In this document: piece by piece, positions 36,741 to 45,888 of the stretch
Layout of the letters: each line of letters starts with the position of its first letter
How positions within the stretch are numbered: the stretch's first letter is position 1
Source of the DNA: Cyclobacteriaceae bacterium
GTDB taxonomy: Bacteria > Bacteroidota > Bacteroidia > Cytophagales > Cyclobacteriaceae
Assembly (NCBI GenBank): GCA_965217305.1
Contig: CBDCHN010000007.1
Location: 322,522-386,521 of the forward strand
DNA: 64,000 nt
Direction of reading: 5' to 3'
Made by a program: the position numbers and the translations under genes
The notes under the pieces: generated by a model
What the model was told of the DNA's origin: nothing
What the model saw: the letters and a program-made list of their open reading frames with translations, nothing else
The model's database searches: none

Positions 36741-36781
36741 GAGTTCCAGAATTTTGTCCTGAGCGGCATCCCAGACGATAA

Positions 36782-37717
36782 CTACAAACCCTCTTCCGCC
36801 TCGGCTCGTAACTTTTTGCGCAACACCACTTTGGAAATAGAAATACTGACTTGGTATAACAACAGTAGCGGAAAGGAAACTAGCATCTGCGTGACGGGGT
36901 CAGGCGGGGTGACCAGTGCGGAGATGATTAGAATGACCACAATGGCGTGGCGGCGATAATTGACCAGCAAGGTAGGAGTGATAATCCCTGCTTTGCTCAG
37001 GAAATAAACCACAATAGGTAATTGAAACAGCAATCCGCAGGCCAGCACCAAGGTGATGAGGATAGAAACATAGGAGGTGATATCAAACTCGTTTAGGATG
37101 CTGGGGTCTACCTGGTAGTTGCCTAAGAAGTTGACCGAGATAGGAACCACGATAAAATAGCCAAACAGCACTCCAATGATAAACAGCAAGCTCACAAAAA
37201 ACACCGCTCCGCGGCTCAGTTGGCGCTCGTTGTCGTATAGTCCGGGCGCAATAAACCGCCAGATTTCCCAAAACACGTAGGGAAAGGCAAAGATCAGCCC
37301 GATGACGGCCGACGAGTAGATGTGCATGGTGAACTGCCCGGTCATCTTGCGGCTTTGAATAATAAAGGGCATCGATTCCATGCAAAAGGCATCGGAACCC
37401 ACCAGGAGGCCGATTTTGCAGAACTGTTGAAACGTCCAAAAGTCAACCTTCGTCGGGGCCAGAATCAGCGTGCCCCACACAAAATCTTTGGCGGCAAATG
37501 CGCCTATCATAAACACCGTGATGGCCACCAGCGCCCGGATGATGTGCCAGCGCAGCTCCTCCAGGTGATCCAAGAAGGACATCTGCCCGGGCTCGGTTTC
37601 CAGTCCGTCGTAGGGCTGTATGGGCTTGGTGCCGTTGGAATGCGGCTCCACGCCGTAGCCCGACGAGGTTACCCGATCGGCTCCATTTTCATTTTTATCT
37701 GGCTCTTCCTGATCCAC
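36782..37717 (-). CDS. tatC: twin-arginine translocase subunit TatC
   Basis: MSFLDHLEELRWHIIRAL.. and six TM segments. The 45-aa N-terminal extension is uncertain (alternative start ATG 37582). Confidence 0.9.
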   Translation of the reverse strand: MDQEEPDKNENGADRVTSSGYGVEPHSNGTKPIQPYDGLETEPGQMSFLDHLEELRWHIIRALVAITVFMIGAFAAKDFVWGTLILAPTKVDFWTFQQFCKIGLLVGSDAFCMESMPFIIQSRKMTGQFTMHIYSSAVIGLIFAFPYVFWEIWRFIAPGLYDNERQLSRGAVFFVSLLFIIGVLFGYFIVVPISVNFLGNYQVDPSILNEFDITSYVSILITLVLACGLLFQLPIVVYFLSKAGIITPTLLVNYRRHAIVVILIISALVTPPDPVTQMLVSFPLLLLYQVSISISKVVLRKKLRAEAEEGL

Positions 37718-37720
37718 TCC

Positions 37721-39019
37721 TTAGGCATTTGCTAAACTACTGTATAAAGGATATTCGGTCATCCATTGGTTCACTTCGTGTCGCACTTGGCTGATATGCG
37801 CCTCGTCTTCGGCGTTCATCAGCACGCTATCAATGTGCTTCACAATAGTTTCCATGTCGACTTCGCCCATGCCGCGCGTGGTCACCGCCGCCGTGCCCAG
37901 CCGAATGCCGGAGGTCACAAAGGGCGACTTGTCGTCGAAGGGCACCATATTTTTGTTCACGGTGATGTCGGCTTCGCCCAGCACCCGTTCGGCCACCTTG
38001 CCGGTCAGGTTTTTGGAGCGCAGGTCGATCAGCATCTCGTGGTTGTCGGTGCCTCCCGAGATCACGTGGTAACCCCGGTTCACCATGGCCTGGGCCATTG
38101 CCTGGGCGTTACGGATCACCTGCCGGGCGTAATCACCAAACTCGTCGGTGAGTGCCTCGCCGAAGGCCACGGCCTTTCCGGCAATCACGTGCTCCAACGG
38201 GCCGCCCTGCGTGCCGGGAAACACTCCCATATCTACGAGCGCCGACATCGGACGGATGTCTCCTTTAGCAGTTTTTATTCCGAAGGGGTTGTCGAAGTCC
38301 TGCCCCATCATAATAAGGCCCCCGCGGGGGCCGCGCAGGGTCTTGTGGGTGGTGGTGGTCACAAAGTGGCAGTGCGGCAGCGGATCGTTGAGCAGTTTCT
38401 TGGCGATCAGTGCCGAGGGGTGCGAGATGTCGGCCAGCAGCAGCGCGCCCACCTGGTCGGCAATGGCCCGCAGGCGCACGTAGTCCCAGTCGCGGCTGTA
38501 GGCCGACGCCCCGCAGATGAGTAGTTTCGGGCGTTCGCGTTGGGCAATGGCTTCCACCTTGTCGTAGTCGATGTACCCGGCCGGAACGGCGCCGTCTTCT
38601 TTTTCAACGCCGTAGAATGAGGGTTGGTAGAGCTTGCCCGAGAAGTTGACCGGCGAGCCGTGCGTGAGGTGCCCACCGTGCGACAGATCGAAGCCCAGAA
38701 TCTTGTCACCGGGTTGCAGCACCGCCAGCATCACGGCCGCGTTGGCCTGCGCTCCCGAGTGGGGCTGCACGTTGGCCCAGGCGGCACCGAACAGCTCCTT
38801 GGCCCGGTCGATGGCCAGTTGCTCGATCTCGTCCACCACCTCGCAGCCGCCGTAGTAGCGCTTGCCAGGCAGTCCTTCGGCATACTTGTTGGTGAGCACG
38901 CTGCCCACGGCTTCCATCACCTGGGGCGACACAAAGTTTTCGGAGGCGATGAGCTCGATGCCGCGCTCCTGCCGCTCTTGCTCTTGCTGAATGAGGGAAA
39001 ATACTTGTTGATCACGCAT
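37721..39019 (-). CDS. glyA: serine hydroxymethyltransferase
   Basis: IELIASENF.., ..[14 protein letters not shown].. PLP-lysine region, 432 aa. Confidence 0.97.
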   Translation of the reverse strand: MRDQQVFSLIQQEQERQERGIELIASENFVSPQVMEAVGSVLTNKYAEGLPGKRYYGGCEVVDEIEQLAIDRAKELFGAAWANVQPHSGAQANAAVMLAVLQPGDKILGFDLSHGGHLTHGSPVNFSGKLYQPSFYGVEKEDGAVPAGYIDYDKVEAIAQRERPKLLICGASAYSRDWDYVRLRAIADQVGALLLADISHPSALIAKKLLNDPLPHCHFVTTTTHKTLRGPRGGLIMMGQDFDNPFGIKTAKGDIRPMSALVDMGVFPGTQGGPLEHVIAGKAVAFGEALTDEFGDYARQVIRNAQAMAQAMVNRGYHVISGGTDNHEMLIDLRSKNLTGKVAERVLGEADITVNKNMVPFDDKSPFVTSGIRLGTAAVTTRGMGEVDMETIVKHIDSVLMNAEDEAHISQVRHEVNQWMTEYPLYSSLANA

Positions 39020-39020
39020 G

Positions 39021-39207
39021 ATGGATGATTTTCTGGATGGCTAAGATATTGGATGACTTTCAGGGGAGGTTAGATAGTAGATGTTAGATGACTTTCAGAG
39101 TGGCTAGATAGTAGATATCGGATGGCTTGCGAAGTGGCGTCCCACGCGGGGCCGGATGCTAGATGGCATGGCTAGGAACCAATATCCAACATCCAATATC
39201 CAACATC
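39021..39207. repeat. GGATG/TAGAT-word tandem repeats (~34-35 bp units) plus C/A-rich inverted arm (family copy 3)
   Basis: GATGACTTTCAG at 39052 and 39087. TAGATAGTAGAT at 39071 and 39105. CCAATATCCAACATCCAATATCCAACATC at 39179-39207. GATATTGGATG (39045-39055) is perfectly complementary to 39190-39200. Confidence 0.8.
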
Positions 39208-39324
39208 TGACCACAAACATCAATCATCAAAAGTACGCCGACGGGCTGACCTTTCCAAAGACTTTGGGGTTTGCTATTTTATGTGATAAAGATTCTGATA
39301 ACTTTGGCGTAAAAACCGGAGCCG

Positions 39325-40398
39325 ATGACCCTTGACGAACTGCGTGCTAAGATCAACGAACTGGACGATCAGCTGCTTACCCTGCTGAATGAGCGCATGG
39401 GAGTGGTGAAACAAGTGGGCGAACTTAAGCGTACCACGCAAGCCGCTATCTACCGTCCCGAACGCGAAAAACAAATTCTGGACCGACTCAAGGAGCGCAG
39501 TCAGGGGTTGCTCACCGACGTGGCCATTGAGGCTATTTTCTTAGAGATCTTTGCGGTGAGTCGCAACATTGAACTTCCCGAGCGGATCGCCTACTTGGGG
39601 CCGAGTGGCAGCTTTACCCACCAGGCGGCTGAGAGTCGGTTCGGAGCTATGAGCGAGTACATGCCCGTGAGCACTATCCAGGCGGTGTTCAATGCCGTAA
39701 ATGCCGAGGTGGTGCGCTTCGGAGTGGTGCCGGTAGAAAACAACCAGCAGGGACTGGTGCCCGAAACCGCTGACTGCCTGGCGACCTACGACGTGCACAT
39801 TGCTGCCGAACTGCCGATGGACGTGCACTTCACGTTCGTGAGCAGCACCGATCAGCTTTCTAAAATTCGTAAGATTTACTCGAAGGACATCGCCTTTCGG
39901 CAGTGCAGCAAATTTATCAACGAGGTGGTCAACGACCCGTCGGTGGAGTTGATTCCGGTGGAGTCTACCTCGAAGGCGGCCCGGCTGGCGTCGCAGGACC
40001 CCGAGAGCGCGGCCATCTGTTCGCGCATTGCGGCGCAAGACTACCAAGTGCCGATTTTGTTCGAGAACGTAGAGACCTCGGGCGACAACCAGACGCGCTT
40101 CTTCATCATTAGCAAGTCGTTCAGCAACCAGCCCAGCGGACAAGATAAAACATCAATCCTGGTGAAGTTGCCGCACTCCAACGAGCCAGGTAGTTTGGTA
40201 AATTTTCTGCAAGCCTTTAACCAAAAGGGCATTAATTTGACCAAGATTGAGAGCCGTCCGGCTAAAGAAGGTAAAAACTTTCGCTACTGGTTTTTCATCG
40301 ATTTTGAGGGCCACATTGAAGACGAAAACGTGCGAGCTGTTATGGAGCAGTACCGTAAAAAAGTGAAGTGGCTGGGGAGTTATGTGCGTCTGTGTTGA
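39325..40398 (+). CDS. pheA: bifunctional chorismate mutase / prephenate dehydratase
   Basis: N-terminal CM_2 helix (LDELRAKINELDDQLLTLLNERM), PDT domain (IAYLGPSGSFTHQAA) and C-terminal ACT (..ESRP..). Confidence 0.93.
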   Translation: MTLDELRAKINELDDQLLTLLNERMGVVKQVGELKRTTQAAIYRPEREKQILDRLKERSQGLLTDVAIEAIFLEIFAVSRNIELPERIAYLGPSGSFTHQAAESRFGAMSEYMPVSTIQAVFNAVNAEVVRFGVVPVENNQQGLVPETADCLATYDVHIAAELPMDVHFTFVSSTDQLSKIRKIYSKDIAFRQCSKFINEVVNDPSVELIPVESTSKAARLASQDPESAAICSRIAAQDYQVPILFENVETSGDNQTRFFIISKSFSNQPSGQDKTSILVKLPHSNEPGSLVNFLQAFNQKGINLTKIESRPAKEGKNFRYWFFIDFEGHIEDENVRAVMEQYRKKVKWLGSYVRLC

Positions 40399-40557
40399 TA
40401 TTGTGTGTCATTAAAAGAAGAATCAGTTAAGTCAACGCTCCTTGTGAAAGGAGAGAAGTTATAAAAAATAAACACACAACAATATTTAGCCAACAAGTGG
40501 GGCTACCGCCACCACCTGCGGCTTCACTCACACCAACAAACGAAGCTTCAGCTAAAC

Positions 40558-40613
40558 TAGCGGTGTTCGCGCGAATTGCGCCAGTACGTTAGCGGTATTC
40601 GCGCGAATTTCGC
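40558..40613. promoter_or_regulatory. two 24-nt direct repeats, each with a TTCGCGCGAA palindromic core, upstream of the DUF4143 ATPase gene
   Basis: TAGCGGTGTTCGCGCGAATTGCGC (40558-40581) and TAGCGGTATTCGCGCGAATTTCGC (40590-40613) are 22/24 identical, offset by 32 bp. The second extends to the near-palindrome TAGCG..ATTCGCGCGAAT..CGCTA. Confidence 0.6.
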
Positions 40614-40646
40614 TAACTATATATGTGTATGTGCGTATATGCATCT

Positions 40647-41798
40647 ATGACGCATATCCCCCGAACTCTGTTTCAACCTATCAAGAGCAAGATTTTAGGC
40701 TCTGATAAAATTATCGTCATCTATGGTCCGAGGCAAGTAGGCAAGACCACGTTGGCGCGGCGTATTCTACAGGACATACCGCTAAAGAAGTTAGCTGTCA
40801 ATGCGGACCAGCAGCAGTATGTCGATGTGTTATCTAGCCGGGATTTAGAAAGAATGAAGCTGCTAGTAGCAGGCTACGAACTGTTATTTATTGATGAGGC
40901 CCAGCGCATTCCTGATATTGGTATTAACCTGAAACTGCTGCACGATAGCTTTCCCCAACTTAAGATTGTGGCTACCGGATCATCTTCTTTTGATTTGGCC
41001 AATCAGGTAAAAGAACCCCTAACCGGCCGTACCTGGACATACACGCTCTATCCTATTGCTCTCCGCGAACTAACCGACCAATACAATTCTTTTGAACTAC
41101 GGCAGAGACTATCCGAATACTTAGTGTACGGCACCTATCCGGAGGTGTTTTCTCTTGCCAATCGCAAGGATAAAATTAGTTATCTTAACGAATTGTGTTC
41201 GGCTTATTTGTATAAGGACATTTTGGAAATTACTTCTATTCGGCACGCCTCCAAGTTGAACGACCTGCTGCGGTTGCTGGCCTTTCAGATAGGTTCGGAA
41301 GTATCGCTTTCGGAACTAGGGACTTCTCTATCCATGAGCAAAGAAACGGTGATTTCCTACTTAGACTTACTAGAGCAGTCGTTTATTATCTTTCGCCTGT
41401 CCGGATTTAGTCGCAATCTCCGAAAGGAAGTGACTAAAATGGATAAGATCTATTTTTACGATCTGGGTATTCGCAATACGATCATCAATCAACTCAATCC
41501 GGTGGAGCAACGCAACGACGTGGGCGCTCTGTGGGAAAACATGATGATTGTAGAGAGAAAGAAGCAACTCAGTTACCAAGCAGTATACGCCGGTGCCTAT
41601 TTCTGGCGCACCTATACCGGAGCCGAGCTAGACTACGTAGAGGAGCGCGATGGTAACCTATACGGCTACGCGTTCAAGTACGGTTCGCGGAAGCCTAAGG
41701 CACCCCAAAGCTGGTTGGACACGTACGCAAATGCTTCGTATAGCTACGTGAATCCGGATAACTTTCAATCGTTTGCTGTTGCTAACATTGAAGAGTAA
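40647..41798 (+). CDS. AAA-family ATPase with DUF4143 C-terminal domain
   Basis: IYGPRQVGKTT Walker A, LLFIDEAQ Walker B, and a C-terminal region typical of DUF4143 proteins. Start at ATG 40647. Confidence 0.85.
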   Translation: MTHIPRTLFQPIKSKILGSDKIIVIYGPRQVGKTTLARRILQDIPLKKLAVNADQQQYVDVLSSRDLERMKLLVAGYELLFIDEAQRIPDIGINLKLLHDSFPQLKIVATGSSSFDLANQVKEPLTGRTWTYTLYPIALRELTDQYNSFELRQRLSEYLVYGTYPEVFSLANRKDKISYLNELCSAYLYKDILEITSIRHASKLNDLLRLLAFQIGSEVSLSELGTSLSMSKETVISYLDLLEQSFIIFRLSGFSRNLRKEVTKMDKIYFYDLGIRNTIINQLNPVEQRNDVGALWENMMIVERKKQLSYQAVYAGAYFWRTYTGAELDYVEERDGNLYGYAFKYGSRKPKAPQSWLDTYANASYSYVNPDNFQSFAVANIEE

Positions 41799-41857
41799 CC
41801 GGCAGTGTTCGAACATTTAAAAACCCGCCGCTGTTCTAAAGCCACACAATCTACCTT

Positions 41858-42943
41858 ATGCCTTTATCCAACAGCAAAATCGGCGTCCTGCTCGTCAACC
41901 TAGGCACTCCCGACAGTCCTAAAACCGGCGATGTGCGCCGCTACCTGCGCGAATTCTTGACGGATAAGCGCGTGGTTGACTACCCGCTCATCCCGCGCTG
42001 GATGCTGGTGAACCTCATCATCGCCCCCTTCCGGGCTCCCAAATCGGCCAAAGAATACCGCAAACTATGGCAAGACCGTGGTTCACCCCTCAAGTTCTAC
42101 GGCGAAGACGTGCGCGACCGGCTGCAAACTAAGCTGGGCGACACTTATTCGGTGAAGCTGGCCATGCGCTACCAGAATCCTAGCATCCCCGACACGCTGG
42201 CCGAGTTTCAGCGCGAGATGGTGAGCGACATTGTGTGCATCCCGCTGTTTCCGCAGTACGCTTCGGCTTCCACCGGCTCGGTGATTGATCGGGTGATGGA
42301 GATTACCCGCACCTGGCAGGTGATTCCCAACATTCGGTTCGTGAGCAACTTTCCCGACCATCCGCTGTTCATCGAGGCCCACGCCGAGCGGGCGCAGCCG
42401 TGGTGGGGCAAAAAAAAGTACGACCACATGCTGTTCAGCTACCACGGCGTGCCGGTGCGCCAGATCAAGCGCGCTTCCTACGGCCAGCAGTGCCAGGTGA
42501 GTACCTGTTGCAATAAGTATCACCAGAAGAACGAGTTCTGCTACCGCGCCCAGTGCTTCCAGACCACCCGGGTGCTGGCCGAAAGGCTAGGCATTCCCGA
42601 AGAGAAGTATACCGTCACGTTCCAGTCGCGCTTGGGACCGGTGCCGTGGATTCGCCCCTTCACCGACGAAGTGCTGAAAGAACTGGCCGAGCAGGGCACC
42701 AAGCGGGTGCTGGTGTTCTCGCCCGCCTTCGTGGCCGACTGCCTGGAGACCACCATCGAGGTGGGTCAGGAGTACAAGGAAGACTTTCGGGAGGCCGGAG
42801 GCGAGGTGTGGGACCTGGTAGAAAGTCTCAACGACCATCCGCTATGGATTGACTGCCTGGCGGATATGGTAACGAAGCAACCCGCTCCGGAAGCGGCGTC
42901 GGTGGACAACCGGACCGTTAGTTCGTTGGCTGACCCGGAGTAG
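41858..42943 (+). CDS. hemH: ferrochelatase
   Basis: IGVLLVNLGTPDSP.., ..LFSYHGVP.., ..FQSRLGP..W. Confidence 0.95.
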   Translation: MPLSNSKIGVLLVNLGTPDSPKTGDVRRYLREFLTDKRVVDYPLIPRWMLVNLIIAPFRAPKSAKEYRKLWQDRGSPLKFYGEDVRDRLQTKLGDTYSVKLAMRYQNPSIPDTLAEFQREMVSDIVCIPLFPQYASASTGSVIDRVMEITRTWQVIPNIRFVSNFPDHPLFIEAHAERAQPWWGKKKYDHMLFSYHGVPVRQIKRASYGQQCQVSTCCNKYHQKNEFCYRAQCFQTTRVLAERLGIPEEKYTVTFQSRLGPVPWIRPFTDEVLKELAEQGTKRVLVFSPAFVADCLETTIEVGQEYKEDFREAGGEVWDLVESLNDHPLWIDCLADMVTKQPAPEAASVDNRTVSSLADPE

Positions 42944-42972
42944 CGGTCAGGGGTTTTGGGTGGCCTTTCGGT

Positions 42973-43023
42973 CGTTCACTGCACTATAGGGACGGGTTAC
43001 TGCAAAAGGCTGGGTTTTGTGGG
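42973..43023 (+). promoter_or_regulatory. conserved permease-upstream element, copy 1
   Basis: CACTGCA at 42977 and TACTGCA at 42998 (21 bp apart), then AAAAGGCTGGGTTTTGTGG. The ATG is at 43069. Confidence 0.6.
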
Positions 43024-43068
43024 CTGAGTTGGGTATCGTAGCCGGACGTCTCTTCAACCCAAGTCGTC

Positions 43069-45489
43069 ATGATCCGAAACTACCTTAAGATTGCCCGGCG
43101 GAACTTCAAAAAGTATCCGGCCTTCACGCTGATCAACGTAGCAGGGCTTTCCATTGGATTGGCCTGCGCTATCTTGATTTACCTCTTTATCGAGCATGAG
43201 TTTAGCTTTGATGCCTTCCACGCCAATGCCGAACGTATCTATCGGGTAATAGCCGTAGAGAAAGACCTGGGCAATAGCACTGAGGATTACACCATCACTC
43301 AGCCCTATCCGCTGGGCCCGGCCATGCAGGATGATCTGCCGGAAGTAGCAAGCTTTGTGCGCACCTCCTTTAGCGTATCGAAGTTTGTTAAGCAGGGAAG
43401 CGCGGTGCATGAGGAGGAGTTTGTTTTTGCCGATTCTACCCTCTTTCGGGTTTTCAGCTTTCCCTTGCTATACGGCAACCCAGATCATGCGCTAGCTCAT
43501 CCGCACGATGTGGCCGTCAGTGAGCACGCCGCCCGAAAGTACTTTGGGAATGGCAATCCCGTGGGGCAGACGCTTAGCATTCGGGTAGGCGACACTTTTG
43601 AAGATTATCAGGTGAGTGCCGTGTTCCAAGAGATTCCTTCCAACTCCAGCATCCGCTCGGATTTCTTTCTGCCCATAATGAAAGAAACGCTGGGCAAAAG
43701 CCAGTCCTATATCAACAACCCTGAAACGAACCTGTGGTACGTCTCCTCTTTTCAAACCTACGTGCTGCTGCAAGAGAACACTTCTCCGGCCGGAATGACC
43801 GACAAACTAGCCCGGGTGCGAGATCAGTACTTCCCCACCGAAGCGGAGTTTTTTCGTAAAAGGAAGACAGAAGCCGGGGAAGATCTGGCTCGAACTTACC
43901 GGTTGCAACCGCTCACCGACATGCATTTGGATACAGCTATTCCCGGTCAAAGCAGCGGTAGCAAGCCAGTCTACTCGTATATCCTGGCGGGCATTGCCGC
44001 TTGCATTCTGCTGCTGGCGTCTATCAATTTCACCCTGCTTTCGGTGAGCCGCACTAACCGCCGGGCCAAAGAAGTGGGCGTCCGGAAAGTGGTAGGGGCA
44101 AGAAAAAGTCAGCTGATCCTACAGTTCTGGGGTGAAGCCATGCTCACCAGCGCACTGGCGCTCGTGCTGGCCCTGGTGATCGGCCGACTGGCCCTGCCCG
44201 CGTTCAACAACATGGCGCACCGGTCGCTCTCCTTCGGCACGTTGCTGCAACCGGTTTCCCTGCTGGTGCTGGTTGCTTTGCCGCTACTCACCGGCGTAGT
44301 AGCCGGAGCCTATCCCTCCCTGCTGTTGGCAGGGCTAAATACCTTATCGGTGCTCAAGGGCAAACTGAGCACCGGTGGTTCAAGGGTTCTTCCTCAACTG
44401 TTACTGTCTGTTCAGTTTGTGCTTCCCCTGGTGTCTTTGACCATCATGGCGGTGATGATTGCCCAGCTTAAATTTATGCGACAAAAAGACCTGGGCTTTC
44501 AGACCGAACAGATCATGGTGATCGAGAACAATACCGCGGAGAAAACTTTAACCTTTGATCGGTTTAGTCAATTGGCTCAGCCGCAAACCGCCGTACAAGC
44601 CATAACGGCTACTGACGCGGCCTTTACCCGGCCGAGTACCGTGTTCGGAATGCGCCGAAAAGAAGAAGATGAGATGCAGTTCATCTGGACGTATCACGTG
44701 CAGCCCAACTTCTTTGACCTGCTGGATATTACCTTGGTTGAGGGAAGGGTTTTTAGTGATGACATGGCTTCTGATTCTACCGACGCAATCATCGTCAACG
44801 AAACATTCACGGAGCTTTTTGGATTTGCTGACCCCATTGGTGAAGAGATAAGCGGTTCCCGGATCATCGGCGTGGTAGAAGACTTTAATTTTCAGTCGCT
44901 GGAAAGTGAGATTGCCCCAATGGCTTTTTATCTACCCAACGAGCGTACGAAGCTTGATTACCTACTGGTGCAGCTACCAAGTGACGACTTAGCCCGTAGC
45001 ATTAATCTACTTTCAGCAATCTGGAACCGAGTGGCTCCGGACTTGCCCTTTCAGTACAGCTTCTTAGCTGAGGACATGCAGGCTTTATACGAAGAAGATG
45101 CCCGGTGGACTCGTATTTTGCAGTGGGTATCCGCTCTGTCGGTTTTTATTGCCTGCCTAGGATTGGTAGGCGTGATGGGCCTTGCGGTAGCCCGGCGCAC
45201 CAAAGAGATTGGCATCCGCAAAGTGCTGGGCGCTTCCGTAAGTAGCCTGTTGCTGCTGCTGTCTAAAGACTACGTGAAACTGATCCTCACTGCTTTGCTC
45301 ATTGCTATCCCCGTGGCCAATTACTGCGTCACCGAGTGGCTACAGAACTTTGCCTATCGGGTAAACATCAGCTGGTGGCTGTTTGCTTTACCCGGCTTGC
45401 TGACCCTGCTCATTGCCCTGCTCTCGATCAGTGCCCAAACCTTGCGGGCCGCCCGGCGCAACCCGGTGGATAGTTTGCGGGATGAGTAA
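43069..45489 (+). CDS. ABC-type permease, double FtsX / MacB-periplasmic-core architecture, no ATPase domain (paralog 1)
   Basis: MIRNYLKIARRNFKK.. N-terminus, ~806 aa, TM quartets in the middle and at the C-terminus, conserved tail ..LRAARRNPVDSLRDE. Confidence 0.9.
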   Translation: MIRNYLKIARRNFKKYPAFTLINVAGLSIGLACAILIYLFIEHEFSFDAFHANAERIYRVIAVEKDLGNSTEDYTITQPYPLGPAMQDDLPEVASFVRTSFSVSKFVKQGSAVHEEEFVFADSTLFRVFSFPLLYGNPDHALAHPHDVAVSEHAARKYFGNGNPVGQTLSIRVGDTFEDYQVSAVFQEIPSNSSIRSDFFLPIMKETLGKSQSYINNPETNLWYVSSFQTYVLLQENTSPAGMTDKLARVRDQYFPTEAEFFRKRKTEAGEDLARTYRLQPLTDMHLDTAIPGQSSGSKPVYSYILAGIAACILLLASINFTLLSVSRTNRRAKEVGVRKVVGARKSQLILQFWGEAMLTSALALVLALVIGRLALPAFNNMAHRSLSFGTLLQPVSLLVLVALPLLTGVVAGAYPSLLLAGLNTLSVLKGKLSTGGSRVLPQLLLSVQFVLPLVSLTIMAVMIAQLKFMRQKDLGFQTEQIMVIENNTAEKTLTFDRFSQLAQPQTAVQAITATDAAFTRPSTVFGMRRKEEDEMQFIWTYHVQPNFFDLLDITLVEGRVFSDDMASDSTDAIIVNETFTELFGFADPIGEEISGSRIIGVVEDFNFQSLESEIAPMAFYLPNERTKLDYLLVQLPSDDLARSINLLSAIWNRVAPDLPFQYSFLAEDMQALYEEDARWTRILQWVSALSVFIACLGLVGVMGLAVARRTKEIGIRKVLGASVSSLLLLLSKDYVKLILTALLIAIPVANYCVTEWLQNFAYRVNISWWLFALPGLLTLLIALLSISAQTLRAARRNPVDSLRDE

Positions 45490-45703
45490 CCTTCTGGGGG
45501 CATTAATGCCTTTACTAGCAGTGAGCATTTGGCCTCTTGTCGCATAATCAGTTGGGCGATGTTTGCTAATGATCTGATCGATGTATTAAACAACTATTAC
45601 AGAGCGCTCGCTGTTGAGGACGGCAGTGGCTTCATTTGGGTTTGGATCGGTAGTCACGCTGCATATGATCGGCTTGTCGGATGACAAAAATGCTTATTCG
45701 CCT

Positions 45704-45840
45704 GCAAAAACAAGGCAGCATGCGGTGCCTCGAACCGGCCTAAGATGTAAGGTTGCAGAAGAAAACGCGCGTTCTGGGGAGGTTGGTGGTCGTTCACTGC
45801 AAAATAGAGACGCTTCACTGCAAAAAGCTGGGTTTTGTGG
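45704..45840 (+). promoter_or_regulatory. conserved permease-upstream element, copy 2 (extended)
   Basis: CACTGCA at 45795 and 45816 (perfect TTCACTGCAAAA x2). The upstream block GCAAAAACAAGGCAGCATGCGGTGC..TGTAAGGTTG..GCGTT is shared with copy 3. Confidence 0.6.
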
Positions 45841-45888
45841 ACCGGGATACGTATCGTAGCGACTCGTTCTCTCCTAACCCACCGCGTC

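Noticed and set aside
40396-40486. Hairpins after pheA (CTCCTT-GTGA-AAGGAG at 40438-40453; outer ATATTGTGTGT/ACACACAACAATAT pairing) as a terminator
   Set aside because: No U-tract follows either stem and the outer pairing needs a bulge. Too weak to call.
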